64,000 nt of DNA from a bacterium (GCA_965240465.1 OZ251219.1:1206681-1270680); one strand, 5' to 3'; counted from the stretch's first letter, positions 15,917 to 26,054 are shown. Notes: generated by a model from the letters alone, not told the origin. Numbers and translations are program-made.

Positions 15917-16981
15917 TTATTCAAGCAAGCGGCGTAGCAGGGTTGGTCCTTGGTAGACGAAGGCGGTGTATATTTGTACCGCTTGGGCACCATGGGAGAG
16001 CATTTTTTGCAGGTCTGCTTTGGTGGAGATTCCTCCACAGCCGATGACGCTCAGTTGCGGGGCGAGCTTTTTAATGGAGCTAAGCAGTTCCAAAGCCCGA
16101 GGAAATAAGCAGGGTCCGCTCAGTCCACCGATTTGCTGAGCCAGATGGGCGGGGCAATTAGGAGGTCTGGCAGTGGAGGTGTTGGAGGCTATCAGTCCCT
16201 GCCAGTCGTTTTCTGAGATGGTGTTGATGAGCGGCTTTAGGTCGGAGTTTTTCAGGTCGGGTGATATTTTCAGTAGCAGGGGAACGGAGTACCCATGTTT
16301 ATCAGCTAGGCGGATACGCTCCTGACTACAGGCTTTGGCCAGCTGGGGAAGGTTTTGAGGTTTTAGCAGATCACGGAGGTCGGGGGTATTGGGACAACTC
16401 AGGTTGATGGCAATATAGTCGGCATAAGGATAAATTTCTTTCAGGCAGGTAATATAATCTTGGCTTGCCGACTTGGGATTGGAAGGGGTACGGGGATCTT
16501 TGCTGATGTTGACTCCCAAGATGCCAGAGAGGGGTTTTTGTCGGAGTTTCTTCAATCGGGGTAGCATGCGTGCTAGTCCTTGGTTATTAAAGTTCATCCG
16601 ATTGACAAGTAGCTGTTGTTCGGGGCTGTGGAATAATCGTGGAGTGGGGTTGCCGAATTGGGGCTGGGGGGTGACGGTGCCTACTTCTACCATCCCGAAG
16701 CCCAGTGCAAACAGGGCTTTTACGAAGTTGGCATCTTTGTCTAGACCAGCGGCTACTCCTAGGGGATTGGGGGCGATCTTGCCAAATAGCTTGATAGGCT
16801 GGGGAGGCGGTAGCCGATGGAGTTTACCTAATAGCTGGCAGAGAGGCTCAGCCGAGGCTATTCTAAGTCCAGTCCCGACTAGCTGATGAGCTGTTTCTGG
16901 TGGGAGGGTATGTAATAGTTTAAGCCACCATGGCGGTGGTGTTAAGGGAGGAGGGGAAGGAAGGGGAGAAAGGGAAGACAC
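15917..16981 (-). CDS. pyrD: dihydroorotate dehydrogenase (quinone), class 2
   Basis: AAGLDKDA, GFGMVEVGTVTPQPQFGNPTPRLF, LGVNISKD, IGCGGI. Confidence 0.9.
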   Translation of the reverse strand: MSSLSPLPSPPPLTPPPWWLKLLHTLPPETAHQLVGTGLRIASAEPLCQLLGKLHRLPPPQPIKLFGKIAPNPLGVAAGLDKDANFVKALFALGFGMVEVGTVTPQPQFGNPTPRLFHSPEQQLLVNRMNFNNQGLARMLPRLKKLRQKPLSGILGVNISKDPRTPSNPKSASQDYITCLKEIYPYADYIAINLSCPNTPDLRDLLKPQNLPQLAKACSQERIRLADKHGYSVPLLLKISPDLKNSDLKPLINTISENDWQGLIASNTSTARPPNCPAHLAQQIGGLSGPCLFPRALELLSSIKKLAPQLSVIGCGGISTKADLQKMLSHGAQAVQIYTAFVYQGPTLLRRLLE

Positions 16982-17013
16982 TAGGGGGCTACTTTACTTT
17001 CTTTATGGTTGTC

Positions 17014-17415
17014 TTAATTTTTTGTTTGCTTGCGGCGGGAAATGGCTTTCTTCTTGAGGTAGGCTGCTTGTAGGATATTATTTTCGGTTTGGAAGTCCTT
17101 TTGAGTGAGTTTGCCTATTAGGTGATCGTTTTTCAAGTAATTTAATTCTTCCAGCAGGAGATTGGCATCGGAGGTGGCATCAGGGTCGGCATCGGGGTCG
17201 GCATCGGGGTCGGCATCGGAGGTGGCATCGGGGAAGGCATCGGGATCGGGGTTGGAGGTGGCATCGGCATCGGAGAAGGCATCAGGGTCGGCATCAGGGT
17301 CGGCATCAGGAGAGGAAATACCCTTTTGCCAAGGATGATTAGGTCTTAGCAAGGGACGACTAATCCAAAAGGTACACAAGACTAAGAATGTCATTCCAAA
17401 CCACAGCATTGGCAC
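17014..17415 (-). CDS. CcmI-like cytochrome c biogenesis protein (N-terminal TM module) with a DADP repeat
   Basis: Immediately downstream of ccmH. N-terminal TM then RPLLR, as in the CcmI N-terminus. 12-bp repeats at ~17165-17320 encode DADPDA. Confidence 0.4.
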   Translation of the reverse strand: MPMLWFGMTFLVLCTFWISRPLLRPNHPWQKGISSPDADPDADPDAFSDADATSNPDPDAFPDATSDADPDADPDADPDATSDANLLLEELNYLKNDHLIGKLTQKDFQTENNILQAAYLKKKAISRRKQTKN

Positions 17416-17422
17416 TCCTTAG

Positions 17423-17887
17423 CTAAAAAAGCTTCTCCCAGTGTTGTAAATCCGCTTGCACCTGACGCTTCTGGGCTGCCGTCAACTTTGGGGAACGAGG
17501 CTTCCTATCCACACGAAGCACGCTGGCTAAAATCCAAAATCCGCCCAAGGCTATAAATAATATCGGCAACAACCAAACTACCCATCCCCGAGGAGATCGC
17601 AATACCCACTCCCCATAACGAGAAACAAAATAGGCTCTAATCTGCTCCTCACTCTGTCCCTCACGAACCATCCGCTCCACCTGACCGCGAATCTGCAACG
17701 CAAAAGGAGCATTGGACTCCCATACCGAAATCGCCTGACAAGTAGGACAACGCAATGATCGCGAAATCCGCTTCACCTTATCCCCAACAACATCGCCTCC
17801 CCAAGCCACGGGGGATGCCAAACTTAACCATCCGCTCCCCAAAAGGATCGCTAGCAATCTGGCTGATCGATAACATGAAACGCTCAT
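17423..17887 (-). CDS. ccmH: cytochrome c-type biogenesis protein CcmH
   Basis: LRCPTCQAISVWESNAP (CXXC motif) and a C-terminal TM. Overlaps ccmG by 4 nt. Confidence 0.8.
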   Translation of the reverse strand: MSVSCYRSARLLAILLGSGWLSLASPVAWGGDVVGDKVKRISRSLRCPTCQAISVWESNAPFALQIRGQVERMVREGQSEEQIRAYFVSRYGEWVLRSPRGWVVWLLPILFIALGGFWILASVLRVDRKPRSPKLTAAQKRQVQADLQHWEKLF

Positions 17888-18543
17888 TTTAATGCTCCTA
17901 TTTGTCTGAATAGTAAATGAGGGATGCTGGGCGAGGGAGGGTGAGCGAGGGCAAGGGCAAGGGAGGGAGAGGGCGAGGGGGCAGCGAGGGGCAGCTCAGG
18001 GGGTGCTATGGTGAATAATACTTGGAAGTATTTATCCAGAATTTTTCTATCTAGCGGTCCAGTATGTTTTCCCACCACGATGCCCTTAGAATTGATGAAA
18101 AAGGTTTCTGGGATTCCAAAGAGGCCGTATTTAAGTGCCATATATCCTTTTGCTCCATCCATAGCTAGGAAGTACTTTTTGTTGAATTCATTAGCAAAAT
18201 CTCGGGCTGCCTTAGGAGTATCCTGCACGGCTACTCCGATCATCTTCACACGCAAGCCATACACCTCATAGGCTTGGGAAAGCACTAGGGCTTCTTGACG
18301 ACAAGGCTTACACCAGCTAGCCCAAAAGTTCATCATGTAGGGCTTGCCTAACAGGGATTGAGAAGAAATCTTCTCTTGGGTGCGAAATTCACGTAATTCA
18401 AAGCTCGGGGCGGTTTTTCCCATCAGTGGCGAGGATGGCTGGGCAGTAGGTTTTACCAAGGAGAAGGCGAGTAGGGCTATAAAGCCCAAGAGGGGAATGC
18501 TGATCAGCCAGAAGGGGAGGATGGCTAGGGGATCTTTTTTCAT
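17884..18543 (-). CDS. ccmG: thiol:disulfide interchange protein DsbE/CcmG
   Basis: Thioredoxin fold with NFWASWCKPC and GIPETFFI. Has a P/S/A-rich C-terminal tail. Confidence 0.85.
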   Translation of the reverse strand: MKKDPLAILPFWLISIPLLGFIALLAFSLVKPTAQPSSPLMGKTAPSFELREFRTQEKISSQSLLGKPYMMNFWASWCKPCRQEALVLSQAYEVYGLRVKMIGVAVQDTPKAARDFANEFNKKYFLAMDGAKGYMALKYGLFGIPETFFINSKGIVVGKHTGPLDRKILDKYFQVLFTIAPPELPLAAPSPSPSLALALAHPPSPSIPHLLFRQIGALK

Positions 18544-18563
18544 AAGACAAGTTATGGTGTGTG

Positions 18564-20558
18564 TTATAGGGCTGTTTTAATGGGAGGGAGGGGGAGGGGG
18601 GGGCTGCGAGGGGCATGTAGCAGTGCCAACAGGGTACCTAGTGCCAGAAATGGAAAGGAGAGCCAGATCATCAGTACCAGTGGATTTAACAATACTCTCA
18701 AGGTTATGGAGTTGTCATCGTTTTCTGAAGTTAGCACGATGTAGAGGTCTTGTGTAAGGGTGCGGTGGATGGCGACTTCGGTGAGTGGTTCGGGTTGGGT
18801 GGAATAGAAGCTACGGGCGGGTTTAAGAGTTTTGATTTTTTTTCCATTGCGAAAGATTTCCAATTCGGCATAGCGGAGGCGTACATTTTGCTGCTTTTCT
18901 TCGTTGAGTTGGCGGAAGTTTAGTTGATAAGCACCAGCCTCGGCTACCTGACCTGGGAGCATGGTAAAGAAGAATTCCTGCTTAAAGAAATTCCCAGCTA
19001 GTCCGATGAATAACACTACCACTCCCAGATGAACCAAAGCACTGCCCGATTTTTGGCGATCGCGTTTGATGACATCCCTTAAGGCACGCGATAGGCTTAA
19101 GGAGCGTTGGCGAGCGAGGAGACGCACATGCTTGAAATAATCCGATAACAAGATGCTGGCAGTAAATCCTGCAATGGCGAATATCAGCAAGGCTGCCGCC
19201 GAACGTACTCCGCTGGCGAAGCCACTAGCTCCTACTAGAATGGCTACCAGAAAAGGTATTCGTGCATTGTGTAGTAATAGTTCTCCGCTGGAGCGATGCC
19301 AAGCTGCGAGATGTCCTAAGCCCATTAGCAACAGCAAGCCAATTCCTAGGGGAGCGGTTATCGTGTTAAAGAAGGGTGCCTGAATGGAGATCCTGACTCC
19401 CACTAGGGCTTCTGCCAGCAACGGAAATATGGTACCCAGCAATACCGTGAAGGCTAATCCCATCAAAAGAAGGTTGTTTAACAGGAAGGCACTTTCGCGG
19501 CTGAGTAGATGATCTGCGGTATGCTGAGATTCCAGCTGCTTAATTCTCCAACATAGCAACCAGAAGCTGCCAATCAGTATCACTGCTAAGAAGCCCAAAA
19601 ACAGGGGGCCAATCTCGGATTCTGCAAATGAATGTACCGAATTCAGTACTCCAGAGCGAACGATGAAGGTCCCCAAAATGCTGAGTGAAAAGGTGATAAT
19701 AATTAAGGCGAGGTTCCACACTTTCATCATGTGGCGTCGCTGTTGCAAAATCACGGAATGCAAAAACGCGGTGCTAGTGAACCAGGGTAATAAAGCCGAA
19801 TTCTCTACGGGATCCCAACCCCAGTAGCCTCCCCAGCCAAGTTCTTCATAAGCCCATTGCCCGCCTAGCATCAAACCGCAGGTCAGGGAAAACCAAGCTA
19901 CCAGCGTCCAACGGCGGGTACTATTTACCCAGTCATTGTTGAGTTTGCCACTGATGAGGCTGGCAATCGCAAATGCAAAGGGTACGCTAAATCCAATATA
20001 ACCCAAATACAGCATAGGAGGATGAATAGCCATAGCTGGATGTTGTAACAAGGGATTTAAACCACGACCATCGGTGGGAACGGGATGTTGCCAAACAATA
20101 GGATTGTTCCAAGTAAGCAACAACAATAACAAAAATAACTGAATGGCATTCAAACAAACCAAAATCCAAGGATAAGTCTCATCATGCTTATCACGATGCA
20201 AATAAGCGGTCGCCGCCGCAAACCCCGATAGTATCAACTCCCAAAAGAGCAAAGAACCCTCCCGACCACCCCAAAAGGCAGCAAACTTGTAAAATAAGGG
20301 CAAATCTAAACTGGAATTCTCCCACACAAATCGCAGTGAAAAATCATCGGTGATCAAGGCACGCCACAAAACTAGGCTGGATAACAACACCAAACCAAAA
20401 TTTAAATAAGTCGCCCGCCTAGCCGCTAAAACCAAATTCCCACTGTTACGATGTACCCCTAAAACTGGCATCCAAGTGCCACAAAAACTCACTCCCCACG
20501 CGGCTACCAAACTAAAATACCCCACCTGATTCCAAAACTCGGTGCTTAATAATATCAA
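18564..20558 (-). CDS. ccmF: cytochrome c heme lyase subunit CcmF
   Basis: 664-aa polytopic protein with the WWD motif WGGYWGWDPVENS. Confidence 0.9.
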   Translation of the reverse strand: MILLSTEFWNQVGYFSLVAAWGVSFCGTWMPVLGVHRNSGNLVLAARRATYLNFGLVLLSSLVLWRALITDDFSLRFVWENSSLDLPLFYKFAAFWGGREGSLLFWELILSGFAAATAYLHRDKHDETYPWILVCLNAIQLFLLLLLLTWNNPIVWQHPVPTDGRGLNPLLQHPAMAIHPPMLYLGYIGFSVPFAFAIASLISGKLNNDWVNSTRRWTLVAWFSLTCGLMLGGQWAYEELGWGGYWGWDPVENSALLPWFTSTAFLHSVILQQRRHMMKVWNLALIIITFSLSILGTFIVRSGVLNSVHSFAESEIGPLFLGFLAVILIGSFWLLCWRIKQLESQHTADHLLSRESAFLLNNLLLMGLAFTVLLGTIFPLLAEALVGVRISIQAPFFNTITAPLGIGLLLLMGLGHLAAWHRSSGELLLHNARIPFLVAILVGASGFASGVRSAAALLIFAIAGFTASILLSDYFKHVRLLARQRSLSLSRALRDVIKRDRQKSGSALVHLGVVVLFIGLAGNFFKQEFFFTMLPGQVAEAGAYQLNFRQLNEEKQQNVRLRYAELEIFRNGKKIKTLKPARSFYSTQPEPLTEVAIHRTLTQDLYIVLTSENDDNSITLRVLLNPLVLMIWLSFPFLALGTLLALLHAPRSPPLPLPPIKTAL

Positions 20559-20587
20559 TTCTGATGCCCTTGCTTTCTCATGCTCAA

Positions 20588-20652
20588 CTAACGGATTCTG
20601 CTAATGGATTCTGCTAACGGATTTCGCTAATGGATTCTGCTAATGGATTTCG
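20588..20652. repeat. tandem repeat, 13-bp unit ctaayggattyyg x5
   Basis: Lies between ccmE and ccmF. Copies at 20588, 20601, 20614, 20627 and 20640. Confidence 0.9.
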
Positions 20653-20659
20653 CTAATAA

Positions 20660-21109
20660 TTATTTGGATAACAAACTTTTATAGAGCAGTTTCTTATCGG
20701 CATGCCAAGTTTCGTCTGCTTGGTATTCCTCGCTATGCTTGACTAGTAGGCGTTCGGCCCGTAGCGTGCCATCTGCTTGCAGCCGACCTTCGGCTACCAC
20801 TCCCTGTCCTTCCCTGAATAAATCGGGACGAGCCCCGACAAAATGTACCCGCAGCTCTTGCTGACCATCGGTCACCACGAATCTCAGGAGAACCTGCTGG
20901 GGATCCCAACTCACGCTACGCGGACGCACCAATCCGCCTATCCTCAGGCGACGACCAAGAAAACTGGCTGGCTCGGCTTGAACTTCGGCTGGAGTATGAA
21001 AAAATACCGCATTGTTCCATCCTTGCCAAACTACGATCGCAAATATCGCCAGAGCCAGCAGACCATAAATGGCATATTGCAGCTGGTTCTTGCTCATTGC
21101 AATGCCCAT
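20660..21109 (-). CDS. ccmE: cytochrome c-type biogenesis heme chaperone CcmE
   Basis: N-terminal TM, an OB-fold region (RLRIGGLV) and LVKHSEEY containing the heme-binding His. An alternative ATG lies at 21097. Confidence 0.85.
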   Translation of the reverse strand: MGIAMSKNQLQYAIYGLLALAIFAIVVWQGWNNAVFFHTPAEVQAEPASFLGRRLRIGGLVRPRSVSWDPQQVLLRFVVTDGQQELRVHFVGARPDLFREGQGVVAEGRLQADGTLRAERLLVKHSEEYQADETWHADKKLLYKSLLSK

Positions 21110-21153
21110 TTATTTTTATAAAGGTTCAGTTAGTACCTATCTCTAGTTTTAGA

Positions 21154-21891
21154 CTAAACTTCTAAAGTTTGCTCGTCTAGGATTTCTTGTTCCCGAAGGA
21201 CTTGCAAACGCAATCTAAGCAGAAACAAGTACCAAATGGTGAACACAAACATTGATGCCAATAAAGGCCAAAGCAATGATGGAGACATAGCAATACGCGG
21301 ACCACCACTACCAATCTTAAACAAGCTGGAAGGCTGATGCAACGTACGCCACCAGCTCACCGAAATATGCACTAAGGGAATGTTTAAAAACCCCACAATG
21401 CCTATGATGGCTGCCAATCGACTCCGAACATCGCTATTTTCTCCAGCCAGCCGCAGTAAAACATAGGAGCAGTAAATCAACAGCAAGACCAGGGTAGTGG
21501 TCAAGCGGGCATCCCAGACCCAATATACGCCCCAAGTGGAGCGTCCCCAGATGGCACCGCTCGCCAAACCCAAAAAGCAGAACAATACTCCCACCTCGGC
21601 TGAAGATTTAGCTAAGCTATCGGCTCTCTCGCTATCCTGCCACAAATACACAATGCTACTGACAAACACCACCGTAAAAGCCAAATAAGCCGTATAAATA
21701 GAAGGCACATGCACATACATTATCTTTTGCAGAACACCCATTTCCACTGCAGGAGGAGTAAATAAAAATATCCACCCCCACACCAGAAACAAAAGCAATA
21801 AGCTGGCCACTCCCAGCAAAACCGTGACTGCCCCCCCAACATTCATCCGTGCATCATCAAGTTTCTTATTCATTCGTCCAACACATCTCAC
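21154..21891 (-). CDS. ccmC: heme exporter protein CcmC
   Basis: Polytopic protein with the WWD motif WGVYWVWDARLT. Confidence 0.85.
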   Translation of the reverse strand: MRCVGRMNKKLDDARMNVGGAVTVLLGVASLLLLFLVWGWIFLFTPPAVEMGVLQKIMYVHVPSIYTAYLAFTVVFVSSIVYLWQDSERADSLAKSSAEVGVLFCFLGLASGAIWGRSTWGVYWVWDARLTTTLVLLLIYCSYVLLRLAGENSDVRSRLAAIIGIVGFLNIPLVHISVSWWRTLHQPSSLFKIGSGGPRIAMSPSLLWPLLASMFVFTIWYLFLLRLRLQVLREQEILDEQTLEV

Positions 21892-22169
21892 ATCTCTAAC
21901 AAATCTCTAACACATCTCTAACAAATCCCCGCCCAGATCGCCCTGAAAAACCTGACATATTCTAGTCTGAAACCATCATAAAAGATATGCTAGACCTCAA
22001 TTGGATAAAAAACCTATCAAATGCTTGACTAATGGCTTGACTAATGGCTTGACTAATGCCATCTGAGTATGTACTATGGGTCAGTGCTAACCGATGCATA
22101 CCTTCACTGGGTGCATATTTGTATGCAATATGCTCGCTATTGACCGCCCGCGTCGTCAGAGGAGAACTA

Positions 22170-22637
22170 ATGAAAAATTATCTTTTAGGGGCATTCGTGG
22201 TGCTTTTGTTGACATCCTGCGTTGATGTGAGCGGCTCTGCATCTGCTACAAAAAGAGAAGAAGTGGTTCCGTCATATGAATACAAAGAGTGTAAATTAGA
22301 AAGGGTTGATTATAGTATTACACTAATGAATTCTACCGGTACCGATAGAAAGTTGAGAATTGGTGATTCTACATCATCAAGTGGCTCTGTACGTAGCTCT
22401 GTTAGGTCCAGTGGTTTTTATGTAGCCCAAATTTCCATCCGCGAAAGAGGTATATTGAGTATAACTGTCAAAAGTGATAACGGTAGATGGGAATTAATTT
22501 CAGCGAGCGACTGTTCTGATTTTCACCCCTCTAGCACAACCGTAGCACCACTTGGAGCTTATTACTTAGTGGTGTATTCTCTGGCCGGTGGTGAACAAGT
22601 GCGATATTACTTTGAAGCTACTCTAAGTAGTCCGTAG
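22170..22637 (+). CDS. hypothetical lipoprotein
   Basis: The internal start gives MKNYLLGAFVVLLLTSC (lipobox LTSC). The ORF track starts further upstream at 22056. It lies on the opposite strand, inside the ccm cluster. Confidence 0.5.
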   Translation: MKNYLLGAFVVLLLTSCVDVSGSASATKREEVVPSYEYKECKLERVDYSITLMNSTGTDRKLRIGDSTSSSGSVRSSVRSSGFYVAQISIRERGILSITVKSDNGRWELISASDCSDFHPSSTTVAPLGAYYLVVYSLAGGEQVRYYFEATLSSP

Positions 22638-22690
22638 TCATAGGTCACAGCCAGCCCTTCTTCGCAATGAGAGGGGGGTGGGTGAGGCTA

Positions 22691-23503
22691 TCAAGGTTTC
22701 GCGTGGCAGATGCGTCCATCTTGTAGCACTATCGTTTGACTAGCCAGTGGCTGGATAATTTCGGGCTGGTGGGAAGTTATCAGCACCGAGCCACCTATTT
22801 GCAAGTGATGGCGAATAATATCCCTGAATTGAGTGCGGGCAGCGAGGTCTAGGTTGCTGAAGGGTTCATCCAGAAGCCAAATGCGGGGCTGATGTAAAAA
22901 CAGTCGTGCCAAAGCTAAGCGTTGTATCATTCCCCGACTGAAATTGGCGACTGGCTCGGTAGCTACTGCTTGCAGTCTCAGGAGCTTGAGGGATTTCGCG
23001 ACTACAGCTGGTGGCAAACCATATAGGCCAGCCAGCAGTGATAGATTCTCCTTGGCACTAAGCTCCAAATAAAACCGATGCTCATGGGCAATCCAGCCGA
23101 TATCTTGCCTCGCCCGAGCTGCTGCCTGTGACAGTAGTTCTCCTCGCCAGCGGATCTGCCCGAGGGCTAGTTTCTGTAGTCCACAGCAAGCTTGCAGCAG
23201 AGTGGTTTTACCAGCTCCATTGGCACCCAATAGCAGACATAGTTGACCTTCCTTCAGGGTCATTGAAATGTTTTCAAGACCCCAGCCGCGGTTCCAGCGA
23301 ACACCTATCTGGCTCAGCTGCAAGGGAGGGGCGTTCGAGTTTGGGGCAGTTGAGTTTGGGGCAGTTGAGTTTGGGGCGTTTGAGTTTGTATTGCAATCTG
23401 CAGTATTTTGGTACTCGGTACTGCGAGAGCTGGTACTTTGCAAAGCAGTAGGCATGTTTTTTTGGTTTAGGCTGTGATAGTCTTGAATGGTTGTTGCTAC
23501 CAT
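22691..23503 (-). CDS. ccmA: ABC transporter ATP-binding protein, CcmA-like heme exporter subunit
   Basis: Walker A GANGAGKTTLL, LSAKENL, signature FSRGMIQRLALARL, Walker B IWLLDEP. The N-terminal extension contains NSNAPNSTAP repeats (15-bp unit at ~23330-23395). Confidence 0.75.
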   Translation of the reverse strand: MVATTIQDYHSLNQKNMPTALQSTSSRSTEYQNTADCNTNSNAPNSTAPNSTAPNSNAPPLQLSQIGVRWNRGWGLENISMTLKEGQLCLLLGANGAGKTTLLQACCGLQKLALGQIRWRGELLSQAAARARQDIGWIAHEHRFYLELSAKENLSLLAGLYGLPPAVVAKSLKLLRLQAVATEPVANFSRGMIQRLALARLFLHQPRIWLLDEPFSNLDLAARTQFRDIIRHHLQIGGSVLITSHQPEIIQPLASQTIVLQDGRICHAKP

Positions 23504-23581
23504 TTCAGATTAACATGGAGCAGCAGATAAGTGCCTTACTATCTTTTATGAGCGGCTGGCAATATCTCATAGGCGATTTTC

Positions 23582-25081
23582 TTGAACGTTGACAACCCTC
23601 AGCTCAGTTCTTTGCGGTCCCGTTCCCCAGAGGGATTACCTGCGAGTGTCCATTTGATTGGAATTTGTGGCACGGGGATGGCAGCCCTAGCCGCGGGATT
23701 ACAAGCCCAAGGGGTGCGAGTTTCGGGTTCGGATGCTCGTAGGCAGCCTCCCATCAGTGAGTACTTGGACGCTCTCAAGATAAGCTTTAATCAGGGATAT
23801 TGCCCTCAAAATTTGCCTGCTGAGGTGGATAGTATCGTGATCGGCAATGCGATTGTGAGCGATAATTCCGAAGCTCAAGCAGCCTTGAACAGCGGAAAGC
23901 CGTGCCTTTCCATGCCGCATGCGGTGCGAGAATGGCTAATTCAGTCCCGCGATGCCTTGGTAGTGGTGGGTACCCATGGCAAGACTACCATCACTTCGTT
24001 AATGGCTCATGTGCTATCTGGTTTGGGAGAAGACCCTGGCTACTTGGTGGGGGGGATTTCTCGTGATTTACAAGGGGCAGGAGAGGGTCGTTGGTTCGTG
24101 GTGGAGGGCGATGAATATGATAGTGCCTTTTTTGATAAGACCCCCAAGTTTTTTAAGTACCTACCTCATTGGTTGATATTCACTCAGCTGGAGTTTGACC
24201 ATGCTGATATTTATTCTGATCTGAGTGCCATCCGCGAGCAGTTTAGATTATTGTTACAGGGTCTCCCCGCCGATGGATTGCTAGTTGCCTGTTATGATGT
24301 TCCTGAGGTGCGTGCTTTGCTATCGGCATCCAACTGCGAGGTGGTGACCTATGGATTTGACCCTCAGGCTGATTTTCGTTTGCTGGATTGGCAAGCCGAT
24401 GGCTGGTGGGGAACCTTTGGTACTAAAGGGGAGGGCGGTACTAAAGGGGAGGGCGGTACTAAAGGGGAGGGCAGTACTAAAGGGGAGGGCAGTACTAAAG
24501 GGGAGGGGCAAAATCGCTGGCGAATTCCCTTGGTCGGCAAGCACAATGCTCTGAATGCAGCCGCAACGATATTGGTAGCGCGGAGATTAGGATATTCAGC
24601 TGAGGATATTCAGTCGGTGCTAGCTAAGTTTTCAGGGGTGCGGCGGAGGATGGAGTTGCGTGGCGAAAAAAGAGGAATCTTGGTTCTGGATGATTTTGCT
24701 CATCATCCTACCGCAGTAGCTGTTGCCATTGAGGCGGCTTTGAAAGCTTGGCCTGAGCGTCGTTTATGGGCGGTATTTGAGCCTCGTAGTTGGACGGCTA
24801 GCAGTTCGTATTTCCAGCAGGAGTTTATCAAGGCATTTGAGGGAGCTCCACACGTAGTGATTGCTCCCGCATTTCGCTCAGCCGTGGGCGACAAACCTTT
24901 ATTGGATGTTCAGGCCCTGGCGGATGCTCTAATTGCTCAGGGTCAAGATGCCCACAGCCCTACCGATACTAATGGCATTCTTAGCCTGCTTACCAAGCAA
25001 CTACAAGCAGGAGACGCAGTACTGATAATGTCCAATGGCGACTTTGAACAATTACATTCCCGCTTACTAGAAGCTCTTTAG
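23582..25081 (+). CDS. mpl: UDP-N-acetylmuramate:L-alanyl-gamma-D-glutamyl-meso-diaminopimelate ligase
   Basis: IGICGTGMAALA, GTHGKTT, EGDEYDSAFFDK, DDFAHHPTA. Uses a TTG start because no upstream ATG precedes the GICGTGM motif. Confidence 0.85.
   Translation: MNVDNPQLSSLRSRSPEGLPASVHLIGICGTGMAALAAGLQAQGVRVSGSDARRQPPISEYLDALKISFNQGYCPQNLPAEVDSIVIGNAIVSDNSEAQAALNSGKPCLSMPHAVREWLIQSRDALVVVGTHGKTTITSLMAHVLSGLGEDPGYLVGGISRDLQGAGEGRWFVVEGDEYDSAFFDKTPKFFKYLPHWLIFTQLEFDHADIYSDLSAIREQFRLLLQGLPADGLLVACYDVPEVRALLSASNCEVVTYGFDPQADFRLLDWQADGWWGTFGTKGEGGTKGEGGTKGEGSTKGEGSTKGEGQNRWRIPLVGKHNALNAAATILVARRLGYSAEDIQSVLAKFSGVRRRMELRGEKRGILVLDDFAHHPTAVAVAIEAALKAWPERRLWAVFEPRSWTASSSYFQQEFIKAFEGAPHVVIAPAFRSAVGDKPLLDVQALADALIAQGQDAHSPTDTNGILSLLTKQLQAGDAVLIMSNGDFEQLHSRLLEAL
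24419..24508. repeat. in-frame tandem repeat inside mpl, 18-bp unit ggtactaaaggggagggc x5
   Basis: Copies at 24419, 24437, 24455, 24473 and 24491. They encode GTKGEG x5. Confidence 0.92.
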
Positions 25082-25174
25082 CTATTTAGCTCCTTAGCTC
25101 TTTAGCTCCTTAGCTCTTTAGCTCTTTAGCTATTTAGCTCTTTAGCTATTTAGCTATTTAGCTCTTTAGCTATT
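25079..25174. repeat. tandem repeat, 8-bp unit tagctNtt x12
   Basis: Begins exactly at the mpl stop codon TAG (25079-25081). Confidence 0.9.
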
Positions 25175-25259
25175 TAGGAAGAAATGAGGGCGGGATGAGA
25201 TGGGGGGAGATGGGCAGGGCAGGGCGGGGCGGGGGGGGTTAACAGGCAGGGCGGGGGGG

Positions 25260-26021
25260 TTAACAGGCGGTCCAGTGTACTCGCATGCCTTGACCAGAAA
25301 AAATTAGCTCGTCTATTCGGACTCGCAATTTTTGCTGAAGGGGAATAACTAGCAAAATGCCCGGTCTAAAAGCAGGAATATAAGGCATTTCCATTATCCC
25401 TCGGCGGAGGTCAACATCGTTGATCAGCTCAGATTTTAGCTGTAAAGGCTGACCCACAAAGGGAGCACGCATCCAAGGTCCCCAATAAACACTACCATCT
25501 GGCAACTGACTCCAAACTGCCCCTGGCACCCCCCAAGCCTTCCCCACCAAAGATAATGCCTCCGAACCTAAATTACTCAGGTCAAACCTAGGACGCCTAT
25601 TATTCAATAAGGACATCTCCTTAGGCATCACAAAGGTTAAACCACATTGCAAACCTATCTCAGCCACTACCTCGCGAGCATTGCAATCATCCATCTGCAA
25701 GTGTACCCGATTCCTCAGGGTATGCACCGCTTCTCGCACGTGGAGAATCCAATCGCTACTTCCTTTGCGTACCTGCCATACCACTCCTCTGATAACCTGA
25801 TACCCCGCAGATCTCCCCGCATCTCTCTCCCCCGCAGCTCCTCCTACTCCCACAAATAACTCCGCCAAAGCTCCCACTGGAGAACGACCCACCATGGGTA
25901 CTCGCAATAGCCCCTCCCCCACTCGTCCTAGACCCAAGCGAACTTGGTCTCCGCGTAGTTGGGCAATGCGACCATCTAGCAGCAGTCTTTTTTGTAATCT
26001 AAAAAGATTCTTTTTTTCCAT
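25260..26021 (-). CDS. hypothetical protein (253 aa)
   Basis: ORF track only; no motif recognised. Confidence 0.45.
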   Translation of the reverse strand: MEKKNLFRLQKRLLLDGRIAQLRGDQVRLGLGRVGEGLLRVPMVGRSPVGALAELFVGVGGAAGERDAGRSAGYQVIRGVVWQVRKGSSDWILHVREAVHTLRNRVHLQMDDCNAREVVAEIGLQCGLTFVMPKEMSLLNNRRPRFDLSNLGSEALSLVGKAWGVPGAVWSQLPDGSVYWGPWMRAPFVGQPLQLKSELINDVDLRRGIMEMPYIPAFRPGILLVIPLQQKLRVRIDELIFSGQGMRVHWTAC

Positions 26022-26054
26022 TTGCCATCAGATATTTTTATCCTTCATTTTTGC

